From the IMG/VR virus record IMGVR_UViG_3300035698_009402, positions 1 to 51,658 of that record: DNA of 51,658 nt; one strand, 5' to 3'. Numbering within the stretch: the first letter of the stretch is position 1; each line of letters opens with the position of its first letter. This DNA comes from a virus. Taxonomy: Duplodnaviria; Heunggongvirae; Uroviricota; Caudoviricetes. A program made the translations under genes and the position numbers. Of this stretch, positions 18,606 to 27,162 are shown piece after piece. The notes beneath the pieces were generated by a model, which had not been told where the DNA came from, ran no database searches, and was given only the letters and a program-made list of their open reading frames with translations.

Positions 18606-21600
18606 ATGGTTTTAAGAAAAATTACTAACGCAACAATTGAAAGTAACACTATTATGGGTTACAATATGCAAAATACCCAAGTAGAAGATTATCATTTAGT
18701 TTCTGATTTACGTGCAAACATACAATCAGGCAATAATAACGCTTGGGTTAATGCTAACGACTATATTACATATAATTTACTTAATGAAAGAATTAATATA
18801 GTACAAGATAATGTTGCATTAATCTCTCCTAATAAAGCTAATTTTTTATGGACTAATACTATTACTACAGATGGTAGTAATATATACTTTATAGGACAAG
18901 ATGTAGAAAGCATTGATCAAACTAGTGTTTATTTAGATGGTGTTTTACAGAGTCAAAATGCGTATATAGTTAATACAGGCAATTCTACTATTCAATTTGT
19001 GGATAGTGTTTTACCGGGAGCATCTACTTTAGTAATAGACGCATTTTACTACTCTGGAACAGAATTTCTTTATGAAAAAGATATTTTACAAGATTTATCT
19101 AGATTGAGTTTTATAGATAACTTTGATGTTCAACGCCCAACTCACAGTATTGACTTTCAAAACATAAAGAAAACTGAAAATTTATTAATAGTTGAACAAC
19201 CTAATGAAACATATACTATTAATGCTAAGAGACAGTTAGAGAGAGTTCCACCGAACACACCTCGTGTGTATCATGATCCTAATACTGGAGAAAGACTAGG
19301 AGTATTAAAAGAAGCTGCAAGATATAATTTTTGGCATGATTCTAGTAATGTTTTAAATAATGCATTTGTTTACACTACTAGTGGTACTGGTACTATTAAT
19401 GCAAATGCAGCAGAAGCTCCCGACGGTAGTGATAGCGCTTTTTCTTTTATACCTGATGCAGACACAGCTACTCATGCTATTGACATGAGATTAACTCAAT
19501 GTCCGGGAGAGGGACAAGCTGAGTATGTTTTTGATATGTTTATTAAGTCTGCTGGATATTCTAATTTTGCTTTTAGAGCTTATGATGGAAATAATTATTT
19601 CTTACAAGTTACTGCTAACTTAGCTAATGGAGTAATATTTAGTGAATTAGGCGGCTCTTGGAATATGGACAAATTATCTAATGGATGGTTTTGGCTTCAA
19701 GGAACTAATACCTTATCTGAAACATCAACAGGTTTTACTTCTGTATGCGGATTTGAGTCTCTTGCTAATAATCAAATGTCTAGAGGTTCTTACTTAGGAG
19801 ATGGAGTTAACGGTACTTATTTCTGGAAGCCAAGAATAGCTATAGGAAATGTAGCTGCTATGCCTATAATTTATGAAAATGATACATCTAATGATACTAT
19901 TCAGGCAGATATAGTATATACTAATGTTCCTTTACAAGATTACGAAGATTTTGAAAATAGTTTAAGACTAAAAGTTATTAATAGAAGTAATGTGTCTAGT
20001 GATAATGAATATATTACTATAGCTAGAATGGCTAATACTAGAGGTAATACTACTCAAGAAATTAAAGTATTGGCTAATAGTAATGTTAATGCAGTAACTG
20101 ATATATCTGTATCTTTCGATAGTTACCAAAATATAATTACTAATACCAGAGGTACTAGTAACGTATTAAGTAATACTAATATTTATCCTGAAAAATTTTT
20201 TAGTATAAGTGCTACTGCATCAGCGTCTGAAAGCGTGCAATTTAAATATGACGGAACAAAAATGTTTATAGCTACTGGAGCAGATGAAATTGTAGAATAT
20301 GATTTATCTGAAAGTTGGAATATAGATTCTGCTGTACAAATAGGATCTTTCAATACGTCTTTAGGCACTACTTTAAAAGATGTAAAAATATCTCAAGATG
20401 GTACTAAAATGGCAACTCTGGATCAAACTACAGAAACTTTATCTAGTTTTGCTCTAAGTACCCCTTGGCAAGTAAATACCTCTTCTTATGTAAGTAATTT
20501 GGACTTAAGTGTAGATACTGCATTATGCTTAGGATTTACTATATCTCCTTTAGGCACTGAATTAATAGTAGCCGATTATTCTAATGATAAATTATTTCAA
20601 TATAATCTAGCATCTTCTTGGGATATAGCAAACGCTACTTTACACGATAGTAGTCTACCTCTAACTTATTACGGTATTAATCCTGTATACTCTATATTTA
20701 TAGATGATTCTGGTAAAGAATTATATATAGGAGAACGTAATAGAGGAAATGTTATGCAAATGTCCATGACAGATTCTTGGGATATATCCAGTATAATATA
20801 TCAAAAACAATTAACTCTTATAGACATATCTGGAGCTACTACTACAGGTTCTCTGGCTTTAAGTAATACTGGATCCAAGGCATATGTACATAGTAGTACT
20901 AATAATATTATAGAATTTAATTTAGGAATTAACTACGATATTTCTACTGCAGAATATGTACAGGAATTTGGTACCAATGTTAGTTCTCTTACTAGAGGAA
21001 TTACTTTTGATAATGTCGGGTCTAAAATGTACGTATTGGACCAAACTACCGCAGATATAAAACAGTTTAATCTATCAGAAAGTTATAATATAGCTACTAG
21101 TAGTTATCATAATATATTTAGTACTGTAGGACAAAATCCTACTGCGCAAGATATAGCTTTTCAAAATGACGGAAGTAATGTATTTGTTATCAATACATCC
21201 AACTTATCTAGATACAGTTTATCTACTTTATATGATATATCCACATGCGTATTAGAAGAAAGTCATGATATTGGTGATAATTTATATGAAACTACTACTT
21301 TAAAGGGTTTAGATGTTTCTCCCGACGGCACTAAATTCTTTTTAAGTACTACAGGAAGTTTTGTATATCAATTAAATACTGAAGTACCTTTTTCTGTTAA
21401 TGATATTATTTATGAAAGAGAACTATCTCTAATAGGTGATACTACTCTTTCTTACGGATTAAGAATATCTGATAGCGGACATAAATTGTATGTATTAGAT
21501 AGAGGTGCTAATGTTCACGAATATGATTTATCAAGTAATTTCGATTGCAACACAGGAACTTTAGTAAACGAATTTGATACTACGAGTTTTGTGGAAAATC

Positions 21601-22631
21601 TTACTACAGGATTAGAATTTAGTGAAGATGGAACAAAAATGTATATAAGCGGGTATGCCCTAGATAATGTAGCTCAATTTAATTTATCTTCTGCATGGGA
21701 TACTAGCACTGCTGTAGTATCTAATAATTTACAAATATTAGTTGCTGGATCTTCAGAAACATCTAGTACTGCTATGCGTTTAAAAGATTCGGGAACAAAA
21801 CTGTTTATAACCGGTCTTGGAAGAAAAGTTAGTAAATTTGATTTATCTATACCTGATGATATAACTAGCGCAACTTTTAACGGGGAAATAACTCTAAGTA
21901 ACGTATCTTCACAAACAGTTGCTGGACTAGAATTTAATAATGATGGAACAAAAATGTTTCTTTCTGAGTATACTCACGATAAAATACATCAATATGATTT
22001 ATTAGAGGCTTGGAATCTAGATACTGTTGTAAATTCTCTTACTATGTCTATGTTTCATTATGACACAGTAGGTACAGGAATTGCCTGGGATTCTGCTGGT
22101 TCTAACTTATACATAACAGGTTTCATAACAGATCAAGTTACTCAAATAAAAGTATTTAATAATCATGATTTATCGTCTATCAGTAGTAGTACTAGAGCTT
22201 ATTTCGTAGGTCAAGGAAATACTCCTACTAGTGTGAGATTCAGCCCTGATGGGATGAATGTTTATGTTACGGGAGATACTTATGATAATGTTATGCAAGT
22301 ATCTTTAGGTGAAAGTTTTAAAATATCAACAGTTACTTATGATTTTCCAGTATACTCTATAGACAATTCTTCTTCCTCTAAACAATTTATTATAACTCCA
22401 GATGGTAGTAAATTAATTACTTTATTTGAACAATCTGGAATAGATAATGTACAACAGTACGCCTTACATACAAGTCATAATCTTAATAAGTATAATCCAA
22501 ACGTAGGGTTCGATTTCGATACTGTATATTTTGGAGAAAATAAAACAAAACATTACAGCATGATTATTCAAAGTATAGATACTTTTAATAATAACTTAAG
22601 TAACGCTGACTTAAGTACTTTATCTACATAA
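18606..22631 (+). CDS. Large tail/receptor-binding protein B with ~15 beta-propeller-type repeats
   Basis: I count 15 repeats of the form FsxDGtKmyv...v.qy.Ls..wDisTa (~20240-22490). N-terminal region is paralogous to protein A. Confidence 0.75.
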   Translation: MVLRKITNATIESNTIMGYNMQNTQVEDYHLVSDLRANIQSGNNNAWVNANDYITYNLLNERINIVQDNVALISPNKANFLWTNTITTDGSNIYFIGQDVESIDQTSVYLDGVLQSQNAYIVNTGNSTIQFVDSVLPGASTLVIDAFYYSGTEFLYEKDILQDLSRLSFIDNFDVQRPTHSIDFQNIKKTENLLIVEQPNETYTINAKRQLERVPPNTPRVYHDPNTGERLGVLKEAARYNFWHDSSNVLNNAFVYTTSGTGTINANAAEAPDGSDSAFSFIPDADTATHAIDMRLTQCPGEGQAEYVFDMFIKSAGYSNFAFRAYDGNNYFLQVTANLANGVIFSELGGSWNMDKLSNGWFWLQGTNTLSETSTGFTSVCGFESLANNQMSRGSYLGDGVNGTYFWKPRIAIGNVAAMPIIYENDTSNDTIQADIVYTNVPLQDYEDFENSLRLKVINRSNVSSDNEYITIARMANTRGNTTQEIKVLANSNVNAVTDISVSFDSYQNIITNTRGTSNVLSNTNIYPEKFFSISATASASESVQFKYDGTKMFIATGADEIVEYDLSESWNIDSAVQIGSFNTSLGTTLKDVKISQDGTKMATLDQTTETLSSFALSTPWQVNTSSYVSNLDLSVDTALCLGFTISPLGTELIVADYSNDKLFQYNLASSWDIANATLHDSSLPLTYYGINPVYSIFIDDSGKELYIGERNRGNVMQMSMTDSWDISSIIYQKQLTLIDISGATTTGSLALSNTGSKAYVHSSTNNIIEFNLGINYDISTAEYVQEFGTNVSSLTRGITFDNVGSKMYVLDQTTADIKQFNLSESYNIATSSYHNIFSTVGQNPTAQDIAFQNDGSNVFVINTSNLSRYSLSTLYDISTCVLEESHDIGDNLYETTTLKGLDVSPDGTKFFLSTTGSFVYQLNTEVPFSVNDIIYERELSLIGDTTLSYGLRISDSGHKLYVLDRGANVHEYDLSSNFDCNTGTLVNEFDTTSFVENLTTGLEFSEDGTKMYISGYALDNVAQFNLSSAWDTSTAVVSNNLQILVAGSSETSSTAMRLKDSGTKLFITGLGRKVSKFDLSIPDDITSATFNGEITLSNVSSQTVAGLEFNNDGTKMFLSEYTHDKIHQYDLLEAWNLDTVVNSLTMSMFHYDTVGTGIAWDSAGSNLYITGFITDQVTQIKVFNNHDLSSISSSTRAYFVGQGNTPTSVRFSPDGMNVYVTGDTYDNVMQVSLGESFKISTVTYDFPVYSIDNSSSSKQFIITPDGSKLITLFEQSGIDNVQQYALHTSHNLNKYNPNVGFDFDTVYFGENKTKHYSMIIQSIDTFNNNLSNADLSTLST
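19242..19270 (+). repeat. 29-nt exact direct repeat, copy 2
   Basis: Identical to 15466..15494. Confidence 0.9.
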
Positions 22632-22646
22632 TTTTAAAAATAATAT

Positions 22647-22675
22647 TTGAGGTATGATAATAAATAAGTTATAGT
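22647..22675 (+). promoter_or_regulatory. Putative sigma70-type promoter TTGAGG-N17-TATAGT
   Basis: 17-nt spacer and AT-rich upstream tract, just before an AGGAGA RBS and two small ORFs. Confidence 0.45.
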
Positions 22676-22699
22676 ATAATACATAATAGGAGAAAGACT

Positions 22700-22840
22700 A
22701 TGAAAGAGAAAAAATCTGTTGAAACTATTCATGAAGTGGGTTCAAACCACGTACACCCGGATTTTAAAAATCTCGGTAAAGTAGGTCATCACCTACAAAT
22801 CGGTAAAGCAAAACCGGGAAAGATTAAACTTAAAAAATAA
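22700..22840 (+). CDS. Small basic His/Lys-rich protein (46 aa, MKEKKSVETIHEVGSNHVHPDFKNLGKVGHHLQIGKAKPGKIKLKK)
   Basis: Strong RBS AGGAGA upstream of ATG 22700; its stop abuts the RBS of the next ORF. Not in the ORF track. Confidence 0.65.
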   Translation: MKEKKSVETIHEVGSNHVHPDFKNLGKVGHHLQIGKAKPGKIKLKK

Positions 22841-22854
22841 GGAGAACTAATACT

Positions 22855-23169
22855 ATGGTTAATAAAAAAACAGCTAGTGGCGGTCCTTTTCCAGTACAGG
22901 ATGTTACAAGATCAACTAAATATCCAGGTGGTGGAGTAAGCGGCGGGCCTAAGAAATTAAATAACGCAAAACTAAATGGTCAAGTAGATCAGAATGTTTT
23001 TGGTTACTATGATGTAAAAGATTCAGATGTAACCGCAGGAAATGCACCTAAGCAAGGAGTAAACGATACTTCTAAAGGTCCAGGATCTTACGGCGTTACA
23101 AAGAAAATGAATGCAGGTCAGTCTTTTAACACTCTTGACTCAAATAAAGATGTTAAAGGCGGCATGTAG
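22855..23169 (+). CDS. Gly/Lys/Asn-rich low-complexity hypothetical protein (104 aa)
   Basis: AAGGAGA RBS; followed by a terminator. Confidence 0.75.
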   Translation: MVNKKTASGGPFPVQDVTRSTKYPGGGVSGGPKKLNNAKLNGQVDQNVFGYYDVKDSDVTAGNAPKQGVNDTSKGPGSYGVTKKMNAGQSFNTLDSNKDVKGGM

Positions 23170-23232
23170 TTTTTGTCGACAACTCCACAAAATTAAATAA
23201 CTTATTTACTTAAAAAGAGTAGGCGACAAACT

Positions 23233-23264
23233 AAAAGGCCCGGAAGCAATTCCGGGCCTTTTTT
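23233..23264. terminator. Bidirectional intrinsic terminator between the convergent arms
   Basis: AAAAGGCCCGGAA-GCAA-TTCCGGGCCTTTTTT: perfect GC-rich stem with A- and T-tracts on either side. Confidence 0.9.
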
Positions 23265-23268
23265 ATTG

Positions 23269-24123
23269 CTATAATTTACTTAGAAATTCTTTAAATCTAC
23301 TATCACTCATTCCTGTCGGCTTGTCAAATAACTCTTCAATACTATTAACCATACCTCTTTCTGCGCTACTAAGTATTATTTCATTTATCAAATCCATTTC
23401 ATCCTTACTGAAAGTCGTTGACTTCAGTATATGATTTTCAAAAGAATTGCATAATTCTGGATGAAGTTTCTTAGTTAAATCATATACAGCTTGTGCAAAC
23501 ATCCTAATTTCGTATTGAGCATGGCTGTCTAACCTAAGTTTTAGAAAGTGAAATAGATTATTTAAGTCCATTTTCCAATACATTTCAGTATAATTACTAA
23601 CAGGTAATACTATTCTAGCTAATTCTCTAGTAAGATCTCTAGATAGCAATTCTTTATAATTTTCATAACTATTTTTGTTACTAATACCTATGGTACTACT
23701 TAAAATATCCTTGGCAGAATCAGATAACTCACCTTCTCTACCTTGATTATTGTTTTTACTCTGGGGTTGCATAACTTCGTTATCAGGTGAGTAAAATTCA
23801 TCCGTCATTTCTGAGTATCTTGCAGAATATTCATTAAGACTAGCCGTTCTATGCCTAATCCATTGTCTAGCTACGAAAATAGGCATTTTAATATGAAATA
23901 CTAATTCTATCATTTCTAGAGGAGAAGTATGTTTGTGTCGTATTAAATAATCTGCTAATTGTATATTAGATTGCCTAGAGCTAGTACCTTTACCATAACT
24001 AGTTCTAGCTGCTCTACACACTCCGTCTATATTACCCATACTATCTACGATACCTACAAAACCATCATCAAATACTTTGATGTAATCTTCATTATTTTCC
24101 GTTATTTCAGATTGTTTTGTCAT
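23269..24123 (-). CDS. thyX: FAD-dependent thymidylate synthase
   Basis: HTSPLE and QWIRHRTASLNEYSARY (RHRx7SxR) signatures; HAQYEIR. Confidence 0.95.
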   Translation of the reverse strand: MTKQSEITENNEDYIKVFDDGFVGIVDSMGNIDGVCRAARTSYGKGTSSRQSNIQLADYLIRHKHTSPLEMIELVFHIKMPIFVARQWIRHRTASLNEYSARYSEMTDEFYSPDNEVMQPQSKNNNQGREGELSDSAKDILSSTIGISNKNSYENYKELLSRDLTRELARIVLPVSNYTEMYWKMDLNNLFHFLKLRLDSHAQYEIRMFAQAVYDLTKKLHPELCNSFENHILKSTTFSKDEMDLINEIILSSAERGMVNSIEELFDKPTGMSDSRFKEFLSKL

Positions 24124-24310
24124 ATGTGGTATTTATTACCTTTCTAGCTGAATATTGTAATTCATTTAAAATTCCCATAGCTTTTTGATAAGCTTCTATA
24201 TCCGTTAGTTCTATACTAAATTTATCAGTATTTTTAGATATTATATATTTTTCATCTAGTGTTTTTTCTACAATATCATAATCTGATTTATTTCCAAAAT
24301 GTACTATCAT
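24107..24310 (-). CDS. Hypothetical protein (67 aa)
   Basis: Co-oriented ORF overlapping the thyX start. Confidence 0.6.
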   Translation of the reverse strand: MIVHFGNKSDYDIVEKTLDEKYIISKNTDKFSIELTDIEAYQKAMGILNELQYSARKVINTTYDKTI

Positions 24311-24355
24311 TATATAATACTTCTCAACATTTCTTGTATATATTTATCAATATAA

Positions 24356-24859
24356 TTAAGTTTTACCACTGCTTCCAAAGCCTCCTCTATCCCTTTGTTC
24401 GATTTTTTCTACGTTCTTTATAGTAACTCTAGGAATCGGCCTAAAACATAATTGAGCAATTCGTTCATTTGGTTGTATAAAATAACCTTCAGAACTAAAA
24501 TTACTTAATAAAATATGGATTTCGTCCCTATACTCAAAATCAATAGTTCCAGGACTATTTAATACAAACACATTATGTTTAGCTGCTAATCCACTTCTAC
24601 TTCTAGCTTCTATTTCCCAATCAGGTGTTTCTAATTGAATTTTTAATCCTGTAGGTATTTTTACGGAACCCCAAGGAGCTAGAAAAATAGGATTAGGTAT
24701 ACAAGCTCTAACATCATATCCAGCATCTGATTCTCTATTTTGAAATAAATCAAAATTATACTGCTTATCTTCTTCTAGCATTAAGGCTTCGTGTGTTTTT
24801 TCTATTTTTACTAATAATTCTAAAGTACTACCTTTAGATTCTATTGTATTTATTCTCAT
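24356..24859 (-). CDS. dut: Trimeric dUTPase
   Basis: AGYD, RSGLA, GTIDFEYR, RIAQL and RGGFGSSG motifs; T5-like position after the D15-like gene. Confidence 0.92.
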   Translation of the reverse strand: MRINTIESKGSTLELLVKIEKTHEALMLEEDKQYNFDLFQNRESDAGYDVRACIPNPIFLAPWGSVKIPTGLKIQLETPDWEIEARSRSGLAAKHNVFVLNSPGTIDFEYRDEIHILLSNFSSEGYFIQPNERIAQLCFRPIPRVTIKNVEKIEQRDRGGFGSSGKT

Positions 24860-24867
24860 CTATTTCC

Positions 24868-25317
24868 TCAAAAAATTAACTTGGTAACGTCTTCGTTGTC
24901 TAACCAACTTATGTCTAATTTCCAAGTATAATTACTTCTTTCATCATATTTAGCAAATGCTTTTTTTACTTCCAACTCGGCCATATGTTTACTTAAATTA
25001 TTTACTTTCATAAATTTACTTAAAGCTAAATCATAATTACCGTTTATTCTAGCAAGCCCAATATGTTTTACCATGTGACAAACAGGGCATAGACTTATTA
25101 AACCTTTTAGTTTTTGTATTTTATTTATATCATCATAATACCAAATTTCATGGCATTCTACGGGGTGTTTAGTACCTTTACCTCCGCATATTTCACATAC
25201 ATATTTAGCTTTAGCATAAGATTTTTTTCTTAATCTATCCCATTCACTTCTACTAACATTACTTCTAACATTCTTAAAGTGGCAGCTTTGAGGTACTAAT
25301 TCAATAGTTAATTTCAT
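24868..25317 (-). CDS. HNH-family Zn-binding nuclease-like protein
   Basis: CEICGG...ECHEIW...LCPVCHMVKH. Confidence 0.7.
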   Translation of the reverse strand: MKLTIELVPQSCHFKNVRSNVSRSEWDRLRKKSYAKAKYVCEICGGKGTKHPVECHEIWYYDDINKIQKLKGLISLCPVCHMVKHIGLARINGNYDLALSKFMKVNNLSKHMAELEVKKAFAKYDERSNYTWKLDISWLDNEDVTKLIF

Positions 25318-26171
25318 AGTAAACTATTTTGAAGGGCGTGCCAGGCGATATCCCCTTCTTTTCCTGCTCTAATAGCTTCTTCATAATAATCTAATAGATT
25401 AATTAGATTTTCATTTAATTCTAGAGTGTAAATACTATCATTTAAATTCTGAATATATTTGGATTTACCCGGTATAGGTAACGCGGATATAACATTATCA
25501 ATAGTTTTATATTGTTTAGCTAATCCTATACCTCTTTTAGGCCCTATACCTTCTACTCCATCAATATTATCTCCCTTATCTCCCATTATAATTTTAGCAG
25601 TTAGATATTCATAAGGGGTACAATCTAAATCTTGGTGTAAACTCTCTTTAGTAACTTCTTTTCTACTAAATATATTAAAGATACTAACATCTATATCTAG
25701 TAATTGATATAGATCCTTATCGCTAGAAATAATCCAAGTATGATCGTAACTATCTGCCATATTTTGTACAAAGAAAGTTATAAGATCATCAGCTTCTACA
25801 CCTCGGAATTTATAAAATTCTAATTCTAAATAGTTGTCTATTAAGTCATTTAGACAATCAAAAAATTCAGTTTTCTTTAACTGTTCTTCTTCTGTTAAAT
25901 CTTTTTTGCGATTATCTTTATATGAAGGTAATATGATATTTCTGTAATAGCTTTTACCGTAATCAAAACATAATATTACTCTTTCTGCATTATAACTTTT
26001 TCCTATACTAATTGCTTTTTTAATATAATCTTCTTGGTAAGAAGCATAGTTATATTTTCCTACGTATGAGAAAGCGAAATTATTACCGTCAATTAATATT
26101 AAATTTTTACCATCAGTATTAGCAAGAATCTCTTCTTCCATATCTACCAAATCATCCCATGTCTCTGACAT
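25314..26171 (-). CDS. 5'-3' exonuclease / flap endonuclease (T5 D15-like)
   Basis: LIDGNN, GVEADD, SSDKDL and MGDKGDNIDGVEGIGPK (H3TH) motifs. Confidence 0.92.
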   Translation of the reverse strand: MSETWDDLVDMEEEILANTDGKNLILIDGNNFAFSYVGKYNYASYQEDYIKKAISIGKSYNAERVILCFDYGKSYYRNIILPSYKDNRKKDLTEEEQLKKTEFFDCLNDLIDNYLELEFYKFRGVEADDLITFFVQNMADSYDHTWIISSDKDLYQLLDIDVSIFNIFSRKEVTKESLHQDLDCTPYEYLTAKIIMGDKGDNIDGVEGIGPKRGIGLAKQYKTIDNVISALPIPGKSKYIQNLNDSIYTLELNENLINLLDYYEEAIRAGKEGDIAWHALQNSLL

Positions 26172-26236
26172 TTTTTATCCTTTTCTTATTTTATACCGAA
26201 TTTTACCATCATAATGACTAATGTGCAAATTAATTT

Positions 26237-26716
26237 TTATTTACTTTTACTTATCATATCTTTTAAATCTTGATTTTCTTGTATAAATTCTTCTAATATA
26301 CCTATTTTAAAATCGTAACCAAATGAATCTATATGTAATTGATTTTTACACTTAAATCCAGTATTCCAACATACAAAATTCTTACTTCGATTCCATCGAA
26401 ATATTACTAATGGGTAGTATATTCTATTACTAAGTTCAGTCATAACATCAGCTTCTTCTTGACTTTGGTCCCAAAAACTGTATATTTCATTACTCTTAGC
26501 TGTAAGTAGATTATTAAAGTTTATCTCTTTATAATGTTTACACTCAATAGTAAAAGGCCATATATGCATATGATGAGGCGCCCATACGTCTCCTTTTAAA
26601 TAGCTTAAGGCTCCGCTGCTAGGAACTCTTTCAAAGTTTATACCATATTCTTTAGTTAAAATATCTCTTATTTTTCTTTCGAAGGCTCCACCTTTTGCTG
26701 CGCTTTTATTGACCAT
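26237..26716 (-). CDS. Holliday junction resolvase-like endonuclease (T5 D14-like)
   Basis: KGGAFER...ERVPSSGA...KGD...IECKHY PD-(D/E)xK pattern. Likely start ATG 26716 rather than the track's 26785. Confidence 0.8.
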   Translation of the reverse strand: MVNKSAAKGGAFERKIRDILTKEYGINFERVPSSGALSYLKGDVWAPHHMHIWPFTIECKHYKEINFNNLLTAKSNEIYSFWDQSQEEADVMTELSNRIYYPLVIFRWNRSKNFVCWNTGFKCKNQLHIDSFGYDFKIGILEEFIQENQDLKDMISKSK

Positions 26717-26814
26717 AATCTTTTTCCTTTCCTCAAACGGCACATATTTATCCAGTATTCTGAAGTATCTCCATTTTTGGCCCATTTTCTCTTGGGTATT
26801 ATTTTTAGACTCAT
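26668..26814 (-). CDS. Small basic protein (48 aa, MSLKIIPKRKWAKNGDTSEYWINMCRLRKGKRLWSIKAQQKVEPSKEK)
   Basis: AGGAG RBS upstream of ATG 26814; overlaps the D14-like start by 49 nt. Not in the ORF track. Confidence 0.55.
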   Translation of the reverse strand: MSLKIIPKRKWAKNGDTSEYWINMCRLRKGKRLWSIKAQQKVEPSKEK

Positions 26815-26862
26815 AATGTATGCTCCTAAATTTTTATTTACGTAAAATTAAATAAAAACATT

Positions 26863-26904
26863 AAAAAAGTCATGTTCTGCACTATGACGGAACATGACTT
26901 TTTT
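26863..26904 (-). terminator. Intrinsic terminator after nrdJ/glutaredoxin (symmetrical)
   Basis: AAAAAAGTCATGTTC...GAACATGACTTTTTT inverted repeat with T tracts. Confidence 0.8.
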
Positions 26905-26922
26905 ATTTTAAAAATTCAAATT

Positions 26923-27162
26923 TTATGAAATTTCTTCAATGTGAGTTTTTAGTTCCGTATATCCACCTATTAATTTGCTTCTAAACACAATAATAGGAGC
27001 TGTTTTCATATTATACATAATTCCTACTTGTTTCTTTTTATCTAAAGTAGTCATAAGAATATACTCAAAATTTATCTTTTTCTCTTTTAATAATTCTTGA
27101 GCCTTGTCGCAAAAAGGACAATTAGGTATTCCATATATAGTATAATCTAGAACAATAGACAT
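26923..27162 (-). CDS. Glutaredoxin
   Basis: CPFC active site, TAPII, IGGYTEL. Confidence 0.9.
   Translation of the reverse strand: MSIVLDYTIYGIPNCPFCDKAQELLKEKKINFEYILMTTLDKKKQVGIMYNMKTAPIIVFRSKLIGGYTELKTHIEEIS

Noticed and set aside
14833-22631. Diversity-generating retroelement (TR/VR) in the receptor-binding paralogs
   Set aside because: No reverse transcriptase in the window. Both repeat copies are coding, and mismatches are mostly synonymous T/C transitions rather than adenine-specific changes.
24868-25317. HNH gene as a mobile homing endonuclease element
   Set aside because: No intron or intein context and no separate DNA-binding domain; it looks like a common small stand-alone HNH protein.
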